Below, piece after piece: positions 1 to 9,431 of a stretch of DNA of 64,000 bases; positions within the stretch are counted from its first letter, which is position 1, and each line of letters starts with the position of its first letter. The translations under genes and the position numbers were made by a program. A model generated the notes under the pieces. That model had not been told where the DNA came from. It saw nothing but the letters and a program-made list of their open reading frames with translations, and searched no databases. Origin of the DNA: a virus; the IMG/VR virus record IMGVR_UViG_3300022555_000024, positions 48,340-112,339 of that record. One strand, given 5' to 3'.

Positions 1-1
1 T

Positions 2-220
2 GAAGGCGATAAAATAAGATTTACATATCTTAAGATGCCTAATCCTTTAAATTCAAATGTAATAGGGTTTGTTTCTTTAATGCCAAAAGAATTTGAGTTA
101 GAGGAGTATATAGATTATGAATTGCAGTTTCAAAAGGCGTTTGTTGCACCTATTTCTAATATTCTTGATGCAGTAGGATGGCAAGTAAAACCAAGTGTGA
201 ATTTGATAGATTTATTTTAA
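2..220 (+). CDS. 43: C-terminus of family B DNA polymerase (T4 gp43-like), partial
   Basis: Frame open from base 2: EGDKIRFTYLKMPNP...IDYELQFQKAFVAPISNILDAVGW...LIDLF, typical gp43 C-terminus; lies upstream of uvsX and 41. Confidence 0.85.
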   Translation, partial: EGDKIRFTYLKMPNPLNSNVIGFVSLMPKEFELEEYIDYELQFQKAFVAPISNILDAVGWQVKPSVNLIDLF

Positions 221-239
221 TTAAAAACGAGGAAAAACA

Positions 240-476
240 ATGGCAATAGTAGAAAAGACATCTTATGAGGTAACAGTAAGGATCCCGAACACCAATAGCG
301 AGAAAGGTGTAGAAGTTTTGCCTAATTCTTTAGGCATTGTTTCTGGAAATTTATCTGAATATAAGTGGGAAACTTATTTAGTAGTTGGAAGCAGTATTGT
401 CAAAATACTTAAGCATTTTGGCGAAGACAACATAGAAAATATTTCTGTTAGAGGAAAAGGAATCTATATTTCATAA
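240..476 (+). CDS. hypothetical protein
   Basis: ORF with GAGG RBS; leader cgaggaaaaacaatggcaata is repeated before the next gene. Confidence 0.6.
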   Translation: MAIVEKTSYEVTVRIPNTNSEKGVEVLPNSLGIVSGNLSEYKWETYLVVGSSIVKILKHFGEDNIENISVRGKGIYIS

Positions 477-502
477 ATAAATAATTAAACCGAGGAAAAA
501 CA

Positions 503-691
503 ATGGCAATAACAATTGAACAAGTAGAATCGAGACTAAAGGAAATTCAAAATGAGGTTGCAAAAGAGAATCAGACGATCAACAATTTGTCTACAGAGTT
601 TCAACAGTTGCTGGGCTATAAGCAAGCATTGATAGATAATTCAACCGTAGCAGAAGAAAACTCATCTGATAAAACTCTTTTAACTGAGTAA
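503..691 (+). CDS. small coiled-coil hypothetical protein
   Basis: ORF with the same RBS leader as 240..476. Confidence 0.6.
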   Translation: MAITIEQVESRLKEIQNEVAKENQTINNLSTEFQQLLGYKQALIDNSTVAEENSSDKTLLTE

Positions 692-705
692 CTAGTTGTA
701 ATAAT

Positions 706-1071
706 GGGGGTGACGGGATTTTGCCAGTCAAATAGTTAAATAGGAGTGCAGTTCGAGTTTCAGCATGGATGGACTCGTTAAAGAAGTCTATGTAAACAAT
801 AAATGCAGACACTTTCGAGTATCGCATGGCTGCTTGATCTTAACAGACAAACACCAAATTTGATAACTATATAGACGCTGAGTAGTTATCATCTAAAAAT
901 ATTAGCAGTCGTCTTTGGTCCGAAGTTTCATCTCACCAATGTACTAAATTTGAAACTAGGTATATCTCTTCCTGTTTGTGGGAAGTCAATTACCGAACAA
1001 TAACACAAACATGACTGTAACACTTTTATTTTTCGTTTGGTTGTACGAGGGTTCGACTCCCTCCACTTCCA
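706..1071 (+). ncRNA. ssrA: tmRNA; tag peptide (A)ADTFEYRMAA encoded at 805-837
   Basis: 5' GGGGGTG pairs with 3' CACTTCC-A (G3:U wobble); T-arm GAGGG-TTCGACT-CCCTC; internal frame GCA GAC ACT TTC GAG TAT CGC ATG GCT GCT TGA ending in AA; 366 nt. Confidence 0.9.
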
Positions 1072-1077
1072 CAAAAT

Positions 1078-1222
1078 GGGGTAACACAGGTTAGAAATAA
1101 TTAGCGAAAAACAGAACTGGTTATAACTCTACAATGATCGCAACATTGGAGGACTTGATGAACAGAGAATGTTCTTTAGTAATACCGTGATTATTTATTG
1201 GGTTCGAACCCCATTTACTCCA
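1078..1222 (+). ncRNA. mini tmRNA-like / tRNA-Ala-like structured RNA
   Basis: GGGGTAA/TTACTCC-A acceptor stem with G3:U; T-arm TGGG-TTCGAAC-CCCA; helix 1095-1106/1185-1196; no D stem or anticodon arm. Confidence 0.7.
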
Positions 1223-1267
1223 CAAATTAATATATAACATCCTTCCTAATAATACAAATACTACACA

Positions 1268-2383
1268 ATGGCAAAAGCAGAAGTAACAAAAAATAGCAAA
1301 GCATATGATATCCTAAAAAGAATGAAGAAGACGTCTTCTGTTGAAGAATCGTCAGTTTTTTCAGATTCTGATCTTTATATGATAAAGGAATCCATCCCAA
1401 CTCCTATCCCAGTAATAAATTTAGCACTATCTGGTAAATTTTTTGAAGGAGGAATAACACGAGGTTTAACTGTATTTGCGGGACTGTCAAAAACCTTTAA
1501 GACTAACATTTGCCTTCTTTGTTTAAAGGCATATATGGACGCACATGAAGACGCGATAGGAATGCTTTATGATTCAGAGTTCTCATTTACCCCAGAGTAT
1601 TTAGCTTCATTTGGGATAGATATTAACAGAATATTCATAACACCTATAGTTGATATAGACAAACTTAAGAACGATATTATAAGTCAGGTAGATTCCATTA
1701 ATAATGGAGAACACATCTTCATTTTAATAGATAGTATTGGAAATTTGGCATCTCTTAAAGAAGTATCTGATGCACAGGATGGAAAATCAACTCAAGATAT
1801 GTCCCGCGCAAAAATGTTAAAAAGCTTTTTTAGAATGATAACGCCAAGAGTAAATCTGAAAAATATTCCACTTTTTGTTGTTAATCACATTTATATGACT
1901 CAGGAAATCTATAGCAAAGCAGTAATAAGTGGTGGAACAGGAGTACTCCTATCTGCAAATTCTGCACTCATCATGTCTCGTCGTAAGAATGATAATAAGG
2001 AAGAAGCTGGGTTCGATTTTATGATTAAAGCAGAGAAATCTAGATTTATAAAAGAAGGAATTAAATTTCCAATTACAATACCTGAAGGTGGACAGATTAA
2101 GAAATATTCAGGCCTGTTTGATCTTGCATTAGAGACTGGCTTTTTAATGAAAGAAGGAATGATGTATGCTGTCCCTGAATTACCAGAATTTAAAAAGGCA
2201 TGGAAAAAAGATATAGAGGATTCTGAAGAATTCTGGACAAATATTTTTGAGAATACTACATTTGTTAAAACTATAGAGGAAGGACTTAAAGTATCTGTAG
2301 ATCAATCAGAATTATTTAAAATAGGTGCTAATGTTAGTGATATCTCCAATACAGTTGAAGATTTCAAAGAGTTTGAAGAATAA
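1268..2383 (+). CDS. uvsX: RecA-like recombinase UvsX
   Basis: INLALSG, AGLSKTFKT P-loop variant, YDSEF, IDSIGNLAS, VVNHIY, SGGTG motifs. Confidence 0.93.
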   Translation: MAKAEVTKNSKAYDILKRMKKTSSVEESSVFSDSDLYMIKESIPTPIPVINLALSGKFFEGGITRGLTVFAGLSKTFKTNICLLCLKAYMDAHEDAIGMLYDSEFSFTPEYLASFGIDINRIFITPIVDIDKLKNDIISQVDSINNGEHIFILIDSIGNLASLKEVSDAQDGKSTQDMSRAKMLKSFFRMITPRVNLKNIPLFVVNHIYMTQEIYSKAVISGGTGVLLSANSALIMSRRKNDNKEEAGFDFMIKAEKSRFIKEGIKFPITIPEGGQIKKYSGLFDLALETGFLMKEGMMYAVPELPEFKKAWKKDIEDSEEFWTNIFENTTFVKTIEEGLKVSVDQSELFKIGANVSDISNTVEDFKEFEE

Positions 2384-2443
2384 AATGTGAAAATTGTTGT
2401 TATATATTATTTTATACTATCAAATAAAGGATTAAACAAAAAA

Positions 2444-3847
2444 ATGAATCGAATTGAAATAATTATACTTTCCGGATTAATTACACAAGCAGAATTTTCT
2501 AGAAAAGTTCTCCCATTTATAAAAACAGAATATTTTGCTTCTTTGGAGGAACGTTATCTCTTTGACACAATACACAAATATATAACAACATATGGACAAT
2601 TACCATCTATTTCAGCTTTATCGATAGAGATAGAAAATATCGTAGATATTAATGAAAGTGCTTTCAAATCGTTGAAAGAACTTCTTATTACAGTCGGGGA
2701 TTCTACTGTAGATAATAAAGAGTTAGAATGGCTGTTAATAAATACAGAGAAATTTTGTCAGGATAAAGCACTCTATAATGCAATTATGGAGTCTATAGAG
2801 ATCATGAATGCAGACAAAAATTCTACAACACACAAAAACCTTTCTAAAACTTCCATTCCATCAGTTCTCACAAAGGCTCTAGCTGTTACTTTTGATAGTA
2901 AGGTAGGTCATGATTACATAGGTGATTCTGATTCTAGATATGAACATTATCATGAGAAAGATGAGAAGATCCCATTTGACATAGAACTACTCAATACCAT
3001 AACTAATGGTGGACTTCCAAAGAAAGCACTTTCTATTATTCTTGGTGGAACTGGAACTGGAAAGTCTATGGTAATGTGTCATTTTGCTGCTAACAATCTA
3101 ATGGATGGTAATAACGTTCTCTATATAACTTTAGAAATGTCTGAGTTAGAGACAGCAAAAAGAATAGATGCAAATGTCTTTGACGTTGACATTAAAGATA
3201 TATCTTCTATGTCTAAAACTGAATATCATAATCATGTAGATGATATAAAAAGAAAAACTATGGGTAGACTTATTATTAAGGAATACCCAACTGCATCAGC
3301 ACATGCCGGTCATTTTAGATTTCTCTTAGATGAATTGAAATTAAAAGAGAAGTTTATACCAGATATTATCTATATAGATTATATAAACATATGTCTAAGT
3401 ATGAGAATGAAAATGGATGGAAATTCTTATTCATACATAAAATCTATAGCAGAAGAAATAAGAGGAATGGCAGTAGAATTCAATGTACCAATAGTTTCTG
3501 CTACTCAAACTAATAGAAATGCGCAAAATTCATCTGATGTAGATCTTACCAACGTTTCAGAATCGACAGGCCTCTCTTCAACGTGTGATCTTATGCTCGC
3601 AATCATATCTTCAGAGCAATTGTCAGAACTTGGACAGCTTCAGTTCAAACAACTTAAAAATAGATATAATGATGTTAATTCACCAACAAGGTTTTTAGTT
3701 GGTGTCAACAAATCAAAGATGAAACTTTTTGATTTAGAAACAAGTGTTCAAAACACTATCATTCAATCAGGGCAAAGTCAAGTAACAAAACCAGCTGGAG
3801 GATTTTTTGGTACATCTAAAAACAAATTTTCTTCTATAAACGTCTAA
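2444..3847 (+). CDS. 41: replicative DNA helicase (T4 gp41-like)
   Basis: GGTGTGKS Walker A, LYITLEM, IIKEYPT, IDYINI, SATQTNR, KQLKNRY; ATG 2444 preferred over upstream GTG. Confidence 0.93.
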   Translation: MNRIEIIILSGLITQAEFSRKVLPFIKTEYFASLEERYLFDTIHKYITTYGQLPSISALSIEIENIVDINESAFKSLKELLITVGDSTVDNKELEWLLINTEKFCQDKALYNAIMESIEIMNADKNSTTHKNLSKTSIPSVLTKALAVTFDSKVGHDYIGDSDSRYEHYHEKDEKIPFDIELLNTITNGGLPKKALSIILGGTGTGKSMVMCHFAANNLMDGNNVLYITLEMSELETAKRIDANVFDVDIKDISSMSKTEYHNHVDDIKRKTMGRLIIKEYPTASAHAGHFRFLLDELKLKEKFIPDIIYIDYINICLSMRMKMDGNSYSYIKSIAEEIRGMAVEFNVPIVSATQTNRNAQNSSDVDLTNVSESTGLSSTCDLMLAIISSEQLSELGQLQFKQLKNRYNDVNSPTRFLVGVNKSKMKLFDLETSVQNTIIQSGQSQVTKPAGGFFGTSKNKFSSINV

Positions 3848-3910
3848 TTGGTATAAATATTTTTTTAATTTTGGGAAAAAGATTATATTTAATAAGTAAT
3901 AAAATAAGCA

Positions 3911-4186
3911 ATGCTAAGTACAAAACATTTCGAATATCAAAAAAATCCTCCAACTCTTTTCGCTTATAAATCAGATTTGAGCAACGTAGATAAAGGATTT
4001 ATAACATCTGTTAATAAGAATTTTGAAAAAGGATTATTAATCCAAAGTCACGTTACGGGAAAAAAGATGCACTTCTTACTTCATGAATTTGAATTTGAAG
4101 AAGGTACTAATAAAATTCAATCGTGGATTCTTAATTCTAGGTCAAAAGATAATAAGCTTATAACAATAATTATATACAACAAATGA
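3911..4186 (+). CDS. hypothetical protein, probable paralogue of 35550..35798
   Basis: Shared pattern F-x-Y...TL-x-A-x-x-S-[DE]-L...I-x-S-x-x-T...I-[YF]-N. Confidence 0.6.
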   Translation: MLSTKHFEYQKNPPTLFAYKSDLSNVDKGFITSVNKNFEKGLLIQSHVTGKKMHFLLHEFEFEEGTNKIQSWILNSRSKDNKLITIIIYNK

Positions 4187-4461
4187 CAAATAAACAAAAG
4201 GAAGCAGTAGAACATCCTGCACATTATGCCGAGGGTAGATCGTATGAACCAATTGATGTTATTAGAGATTGGGATCTCAATTTTAACCTTGGAAGTTCTT
4301 TAAAATATATTGCTCGTATGGGAAGAAAAGATGATGCAGTTCAGGATTTAAAAAAAGCTGTATATTATATTCAACATGAAATAAAATCAATAGAAAAAAT
4401 AAAAAATGAAACAAGTGAAACGAAAAAAATTACAAGCTCCACACAGCAGGAAACTTACTGA
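4183..4461 (+). CDS. DUF3310-family protein
   Basis: VEHPAHY...EPIDVI...FNLGSSLKYIARMGRK...QDLKKAVYY. Confidence 0.85.
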   Translation: MTNKQKEAVEHPAHYAEGRSYEPIDVIRDWDLNFNLGSSLKYIARMGRKDDAVQDLKKAVYYIQHEIKSIEKIKNETSETKKITSSTQQETY

Positions 4462-4834
4462 CCCTGATCATTACCCACAAGTAGATTCTCCATTTTTATT
4501 AGATAGAATACCAGAGAAGAAGACAAAGTATATACCAATTCCAGCAGATCAAAGAAAATTTGTTAATTATAAGCATCCCGGTAATAATGAAAATTCTAAA
4601 AAACCTGTTTACGAAGATGTAGATAAATTTTTTGAATGTCCTCATTGTGGTAGTACTATAGACAATTATACTTGGAGATGTTATATGTGTAGATATGAAG
4701 CTTCAGTTTATAATGAACCAATAGATGGAGTTATTGATTATAGACATTGGACAAACATCGAAGAAACGAAGGAATTGAGAAAAAATTTAATTCGTGTTAA
4801 TCCTTGGACTGGAGAAAAGTGGAATGGAAAATAA
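4406..4834 (+). CDS. hypothetical zinc-ribbon protein
   Basis: CPHC...CYMC pairs. Confidence 0.6.
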   Translation: MKQVKRKKLQAPHSRKLTDPDHYPQVDSPFLLDRIPEKKTKYIPIPADQRKFVNYKHPGNNENSKKPVYEDVDKFFECPHCGSTIDNYTWRCYMCRYEASVYNEPIDGVIDYRHWTNIEETKELRKNLIRVNPWTGEKWNGK

Positions 4835-5210
4835 AGAAATTATAAATAATACAGAACCTTTAGAATGGTGGCAAACATTTCAAGGTATACTTGATAAAAT
4901 GCAAGAAATAAAAGACGAAAATGATTTTATAAAGGCAGAAAATGCAAAATTAATGGAGGATTTAGTTGAAAAGAAATCAGTTCGAAGAAGTAATGGAAGA
5001 TCTAAGAAAATTTGATCCTCTTAGTGCAAATTGTATAGAATCTAGTATAGAAGGTATTATTCTAGCAATAGAAAGAGATCTTACAGAAGATGAAAAGATG
5101 ATAGCATACAGTATGTTTTTATCTGGACTTATATTCGAAAAATTTAATCAAGTACAAGAATCATTAACGTTTTCTAAGATATCATTAAATTAAATTTGTC
5201 AACACTGTAA

Positions 5211-5240
5211 AATGGCCCTGGTGAATTCACCAGGGCCATT
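5211..5240. terminator. perfect 30-bp GC-rich palindrome, probable terminator
   Basis: AATGGCCCTGGTGAA/TTCACCAGGGCCATT, intergenic, followed by T-rich sequence. Confidence 0.7.
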
Positions 5241-5317
5241 GTTGTTTATTAAATAAGTCTCCGATATATCATAAATAAGTTTATAAACCTCTCTTTTTAT
5301 AAATATTCTTATGATAA

Positions 5318-5710
5318 ATGACAATCGAATTATTAAACGAAGATAATTTTGAACCATATGCTATGCGAAATTATCGAAATGACTTTTGTTTTGATTTAAC
5401 AGAATTTCACGATGATCTTAGAAGTATACGGTACATTAAAATTTTAATTAATCGCTACAAAAATACAGGATCTTTACAAGAAAGATTAATCTTGAATCAT
5501 CTTATAACTATGAGTAACGTGTTTACTGTTGATGCTGTGGTAAAAATGTTATTTTATAAATTAGATGAAATGGATTATCCTATTCTAAAATCATTTCTAT
5601 CGTACCTTAATTATATGCCTGATATAATATATGGCATTAGAGGTCATAATATATGGAGTTCAGAAATTAAAGAAGATACATTAATTACACAAAGACTAAA
5701 ACAATTATGA
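5318..5710 (+). CDS. conserved T4-like hypothetical protein
   Basis: NF...YAM.NY.N...EF.DDL.....IK...RY...G.L.ERLILNH pattern recalled from T4-like phages; TATAAATA at 5298. Confidence 0.7.
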   Translation: MTIELLNEDNFEPYAMRNYRNDFCFDLTEFHDDLRSIRYIKILINRYKNTGSLQERLILNHLITMSNVFTVDAVVKMLFYKLDEMDYPILKSFLSYLNYMPDIIYGIRGHNIWSSEIKEDTLITQRLKQL

Positions 5711-6858
5711 CAATAAATTTCAAAAATGTCTGGGAAACTATAGACAAAAAGGCATCTGAACCTTTACAAGAACTTTTTATAAGACCAGATGGAGATTTGG
5801 AACAGGGAGCAGCAGAAGTTGCATCAGATATAGCAGTTCTTTTTGTAAGAACAATAAGTCCTTACATCTCTAATTTAATGACGAAGAGAAGAGTTAAAAG
5901 AGAAGAAATACAGAAAGCTCATACAATATTAACAGGAGCAGAGGAACAAATAGCTACCATTATAAACAAAAGTGTTCAAGATAGATATCAACATCAGTGC
6001 GATGTGTGGGAAACTGAACTAGAAAAACTCGAAAGAAATTTAAAAGAAAGTAAAGATGTAGATACCCTTATTGGTAATATTACAGAATCTTTAAAAAAGG
6101 GATCTGAATATAGAACATTCTTTAAGAATGCGCTAAAAAAATTCGGTGTTGAATCACAAGATGAATTAACAGGAGATAAAAAGAAAAAATTCTTTGATTA
6201 TGTTGATTCTAATTGGGAATCTGATGACGAAATCGAAGAATCGATTTCAGAGGAATCGTTAGATGAATTATTTATGACTCCCGAAAACAAGAAAGAAGAA
6301 TTAGTTGCAGATGCTGCTATATTTTTAGTTAGAGTTGTTGGACCATATATTAGTAAATTGATTAAAGAATTTAATGAAAGACGTTGTGTTGAAAAGAAAG
6401 AATTGATTACTGCTACTAGATATCTTAATAAAGCAGAACATGAAATAGAACTGATTAAAGAACCCGCTACACAACTCGTTTTTAAGAAAATTCTATCTAA
6501 ATGGTGGTCTCAAATCAAAAAATTCAAAAATTGTGGAATTAACGAAGAATCTGGCACAGCATCTAAAGAATTTGTTGACTCAGAGGTCGAAGGACTTACA
6601 GGCGGTGCAAAAAAGGCATACGATATGGGCTTAAACCATGGTATGAATAATAGAAAACCATTAGATAGTCCTGACGCTTCATTTGGTAGATTTGGCGATC
6701 ACTATACGTATGGTTATAATGTTGGTAAGAATCATAGAAAAATAGATTCTGATGGTGTAGAATGGCACAATAAGCAGAAAGGTAGAGTAAACTCATCTTA
6801 TAGACCACTTCAACATGAGAGTGTTGATATTATAAAATCAAAGAAGAATTCTAACTAA
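5707..6858 (+). CDS. modular protein with internal duplication, possible internal head protein
   Basis: Two copies of ELF...A.D.A...VR...PYIS.L...RR; modules separated by I/L-x-E-[ES] motifs. Confidence 0.6.
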   Translation: MTINFKNVWETIDKKASEPLQELFIRPDGDLEQGAAEVASDIAVLFVRTISPYISNLMTKRRVKREEIQKAHTILTGAEEQIATIINKSVQDRYQHQCDVWETELEKLERNLKESKDVDTLIGNITESLKKGSEYRTFFKNALKKFGVESQDELTGDKKKKFFDYVDSNWESDDEIEESISEESLDELFMTPENKKEELVADAAIFLVRVVGPYISKLIKEFNERRCVEKKELITATRYLNKAEHEIELIKEPATQLVFKKILSKWWSQIKKFKNCGINEESGTASKEFVDSEVEGLTGGAKKAYDMGLNHGMNNRKPLDSPDASFGRFGDHYTYGYNVGKNHRKIDSDGVEWHNKQKGRVNSSYRPLQHESVDIIKSKKNSN

Positions 6859-7694
6859 TGACTCAGTTTTTATTTGAAGGGAAATACTGGGATTTGCTAT
6901 ATGCATATCAATTTATTAAACGTCTTGTTATTCCATTTGATAAAACAGACGCATTTAAACTTGGTATTATAGATAAATATGGCAATAATTTAATTCCTAG
7001 AAAAGATTTCACAACAGATGAGCAAAAAAATGCATATACCTATTTTACAGTGATGGTATTTAACTTAAAGAAACTTTTAGGTAAACTTCCTGCGGGCAAA
7101 ACGATGATGGCTTCTTTAATTGCAGCATTGCTTTTACTTAAAGAGGAAAAGAATAGAACTTTTCATATAGAACAAGAAAATGATGAAAAACTTCTTATAG
7201 AAAAATATAAACAAATATACGATAAAGTTCATTCATCTAATACAAATTTCATACCAATATTAACAGAGATTCATTGTCTCATTAAAGAAGATAAAATGAT
7301 AAATGAAGAAGTAACTGGAGATCTGCCTACGTTACAAATACCAACTTCAACTGTTGGTGCATTAAGAAGAAAACAGAAAAAGGATGCTATGATTAGAAGA
7401 GCTCCAGTTGTTTATGCAATACCAGAAGGCAATGGAGTCGAATCACATGGTGATTTTAAAGTTTTCACTGTTGATACCCCAACATTTATAGAAGCAAAGT
7501 CTGCAAAGAATAGATATAACAAATATGATAAATATGTAGGAAGAGCTGAGTTGGGAGAACAAATTAGATCATATGCAATTAGTAACCCAAACATGCCAGT
7601 TATCTTGAAGTGTGAGACTACAGGTCAAATATGTTTTTTAAAATATGGTAAAGTATCATTAGATTCTATAACAGAATTTAAAAATAAAAAATGA
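6858..7694 (+). CDS. conserved T4-like hypothetical protein
   Basis: YAYQFIKRLVIPFDKTDAFKLGIIDKYGN...NLKKLL N-terminal domain. Confidence 0.7.
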   Translation: MTQFLFEGKYWDLLYAYQFIKRLVIPFDKTDAFKLGIIDKYGNNLIPRKDFTTDEQKNAYTYFTVMVFNLKKLLGKLPAGKTMMASLIAALLLLKEEKNRTFHIEQENDEKLLIEKYKQIYDKVHSSNTNFIPILTEIHCLIKEDKMINEEVTGDLPTLQIPTSTVGALRRKQKKDAMIRRAPVVYAIPEGNGVESHGDFKVFTVDTPTFIEAKSAKNRYNKYDKYVGRAELGEQIRSYAISNPNMPVILKCETTGQICFLKYGKVSLDSITEFKNKK

Positions 7695-8827
7695 AATCAT
7701 TTAAGACATACATAACAGAGAAGAAGGACCACCTGATAGATAAGCTAGCGATTACCGATCACCAAAAGAAGGAACTTAAGGATTTTTTTGCAAAGAAACC
7801 AAACCTAGAGAACAAGATTGACTGGCAAAAGAAGGGTCTTGCCTTTAAGGATTTTGCGGATGTCATGGCCACGACGAAGACCGAAAGAACCAGGATGGTA
7901 AAGAAGCAGGGCATCGCCGGGCTCAAAGATGGCAAGGATTATCTTGAACTAAAGGTACCTGCAGATTTTCCATTCCAGGCCTACATCCCACTTACCTGGG
8001 AAGCTAGCAAACTAATCGCATCAAACAAGATAGGTAAAGGTACTGCCAAGTGGTGCACTGCCCATCATAGCTTATATAAACATTGGTATGAATATGCAGA
8101 TAATCTAGATGTTCTCATTTATCTCATAGGAAAAGATACCAAAATAGCAATGGTACTAGATGGTAATTATATAGATGATGTTTATGATATAGAAGACAAT
8201 ACTATTGAGATTGAAGCCGAATATCGTATTCTAGTGGATATCAACAAATCTTTAATAAATAAAGCCAGAGGTATTATAGAGAAAGGTTTAAAGGACAGAG
8301 TTTGGGATGGAGGCACGTGGCTAGGCGGCACTTGGACTGGTAGATTATGGAAAGGCGGAAACTGGAAAGATGGCAACTGGAAAGATGGAACATGGGAAGC
8401 CGGCAGTTGGGACCATGGAACATGGGAAGGTGGAATTTGGGAAGGCGGACTTTGGAGAAACGGCACCTGGGAAAAGGGTATTTGGCAAAACGGAATTTGG
8501 AAAGATGGCAACTGGAAAGGCGGCACTTGGAAAAACGGTGTCTGGGAAGGCGGAACCTGGCAATACGGGCTTTGGCGAAATGGCATCTGGAAAGGAGGTG
8601 ATTGGTGGGACGGCACTTGGTGGAACGGCACTTGGGAAGCAGGCACCTGGCAAGGCGGTACTTGGCAAGCAGGCACCTGGCAAGGCGGTACCTGGGAAGC
8701 CGGCCTCTGGGAACGCGGAGATTGGTTGGGTGGAACTTGGAAAGGCGGAGATTGGTGGGGTGGTTATGATATAAATGGCAATTATCATGAAATGGGTGAT
8801 TCACCAGATAAATGGAAACTAAAATGA
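7691..8827 (+). CDS. GxWxx-repeat family protein 1 (CTS + WCT domain + Trp pentapeptide repeats)
   Basis: MKSFKTYITE start, GTAKWCTAHH domain, about 30 GxWxx repeats, GGYD..GNYH..GDSPDKWKLK cap. Confidence 0.9.
   Translation: MKSFKTYITEKKDHLIDKLAITDHQKKELKDFFAKKPNLENKIDWQKKGLAFKDFADVMATTKTERTRMVKKQGIAGLKDGKDYLELKVPADFPFQAYIPLTWEASKLIASNKIGKGTAKWCTAHHSLYKHWYEYADNLDVLIYLIGKDTKIAMVLDGNYIDDVYDIEDNTIEIEAEYRILVDINKSLINKARGIIEKGLKDRVWDGGTWLGGTWTGRLWKGGNWKDGNWKDGTWEAGSWDHGTWEGGIWEGGLWRNGTWEKGIWQNGIWKDGNWKGGTWKNGVWEGGTWQYGLWRNGIWKGGDWWDGTWWNGTWEAGTWQGGTWQAGTWQGGTWEAGLWERGDWLGGTWKGGDWWGGYDINGNYHEMGDSPDKWKLK
8303..8763 (+). repeat. 15-nt imperfect tandem coding repeat (GGN-NNN-TGG-NNN-NNN)
   Basis: TGG every 15 nt. 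Confidence 0.9.
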
Positions 8828-9396
8828 AATCATTCAAGACATTTATAATAGAATCAAAAATAAGAAAAAGTTACTTCGATTCATCCATTCCAGTTGTCAT
8901 TCTTTATAAAACAGACGAGGAATATAACATTTGGGAACCGCGTTTTAAGAAATATGGATGGGCAATAGGTATCCTAGATAAGAAAATTATTATAGAAGAT
9001 GGCGAGATTATAAAAAATTTAACAAAAACACAAATCTTATTTGTAGAATCTCATGAATGTTCTCATTTTATACTTGGGGAAAAAGCTACAGAAGTAGAAT
9101 GTGATTGGCTTGCTATAGCAAATCTTTGGAAAAAAGGATTTAAAAACGCAGCAAAATTAGGAATAGACACCTTTGAGGAAAGAAATAATGTACTATTTGA
9201 TACTTCAGATCTTCCGGGTTATGATTCTTGGATAAAAAGAAATAAACATTTGGGCGAATGCTTTATTTTAGAATGCAAAGAAAAAAATATAGAGATATTA
9301 AAAGCTTTAAAGAATTCACAAAAATTTAATATTTACCCATCAAAAAGCACTTTAGAAAGTGCTTGGGAAATATACACAGAATCTATTATACATTAA
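8824..9396 (+). CDS. CTS-bearing putative zinc metallopeptidase
   Basis: MKSFKTFIIE start; HECSH (HExxH) followed by EVECD. Confidence 0.65.
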   Translation: MKSFKTFIIESKIRKSYFDSSIPVVILYKTDEEYNIWEPRFKKYGWAIGILDKKIIIEDGEIIKNLTKTQILFVESHECSHFILGEKATEVECDWLAIANLWKKGFKNAAKLGIDTFEERNNVLFDTSDLPGYDSWIKRNKHLGECFILECKEKNIEILKALKNSQKFNIYPSKSTLESAWEIYTESIIH

Positions 9397-9431
9397 AATT
9401 TTAAATTTATAATACTTTAATTATATTAAAA

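Noticed and set aside
591-827. Minus-strand ORF
   Set aside because: Antisense to a + strand gene and to the tmRNA
3852-3859. Isolated TATAAATA as a late promoter (also near 52713)
   Set aside because: Many chance occurrences are expected in such AT-rich DNA, and the context gives no support
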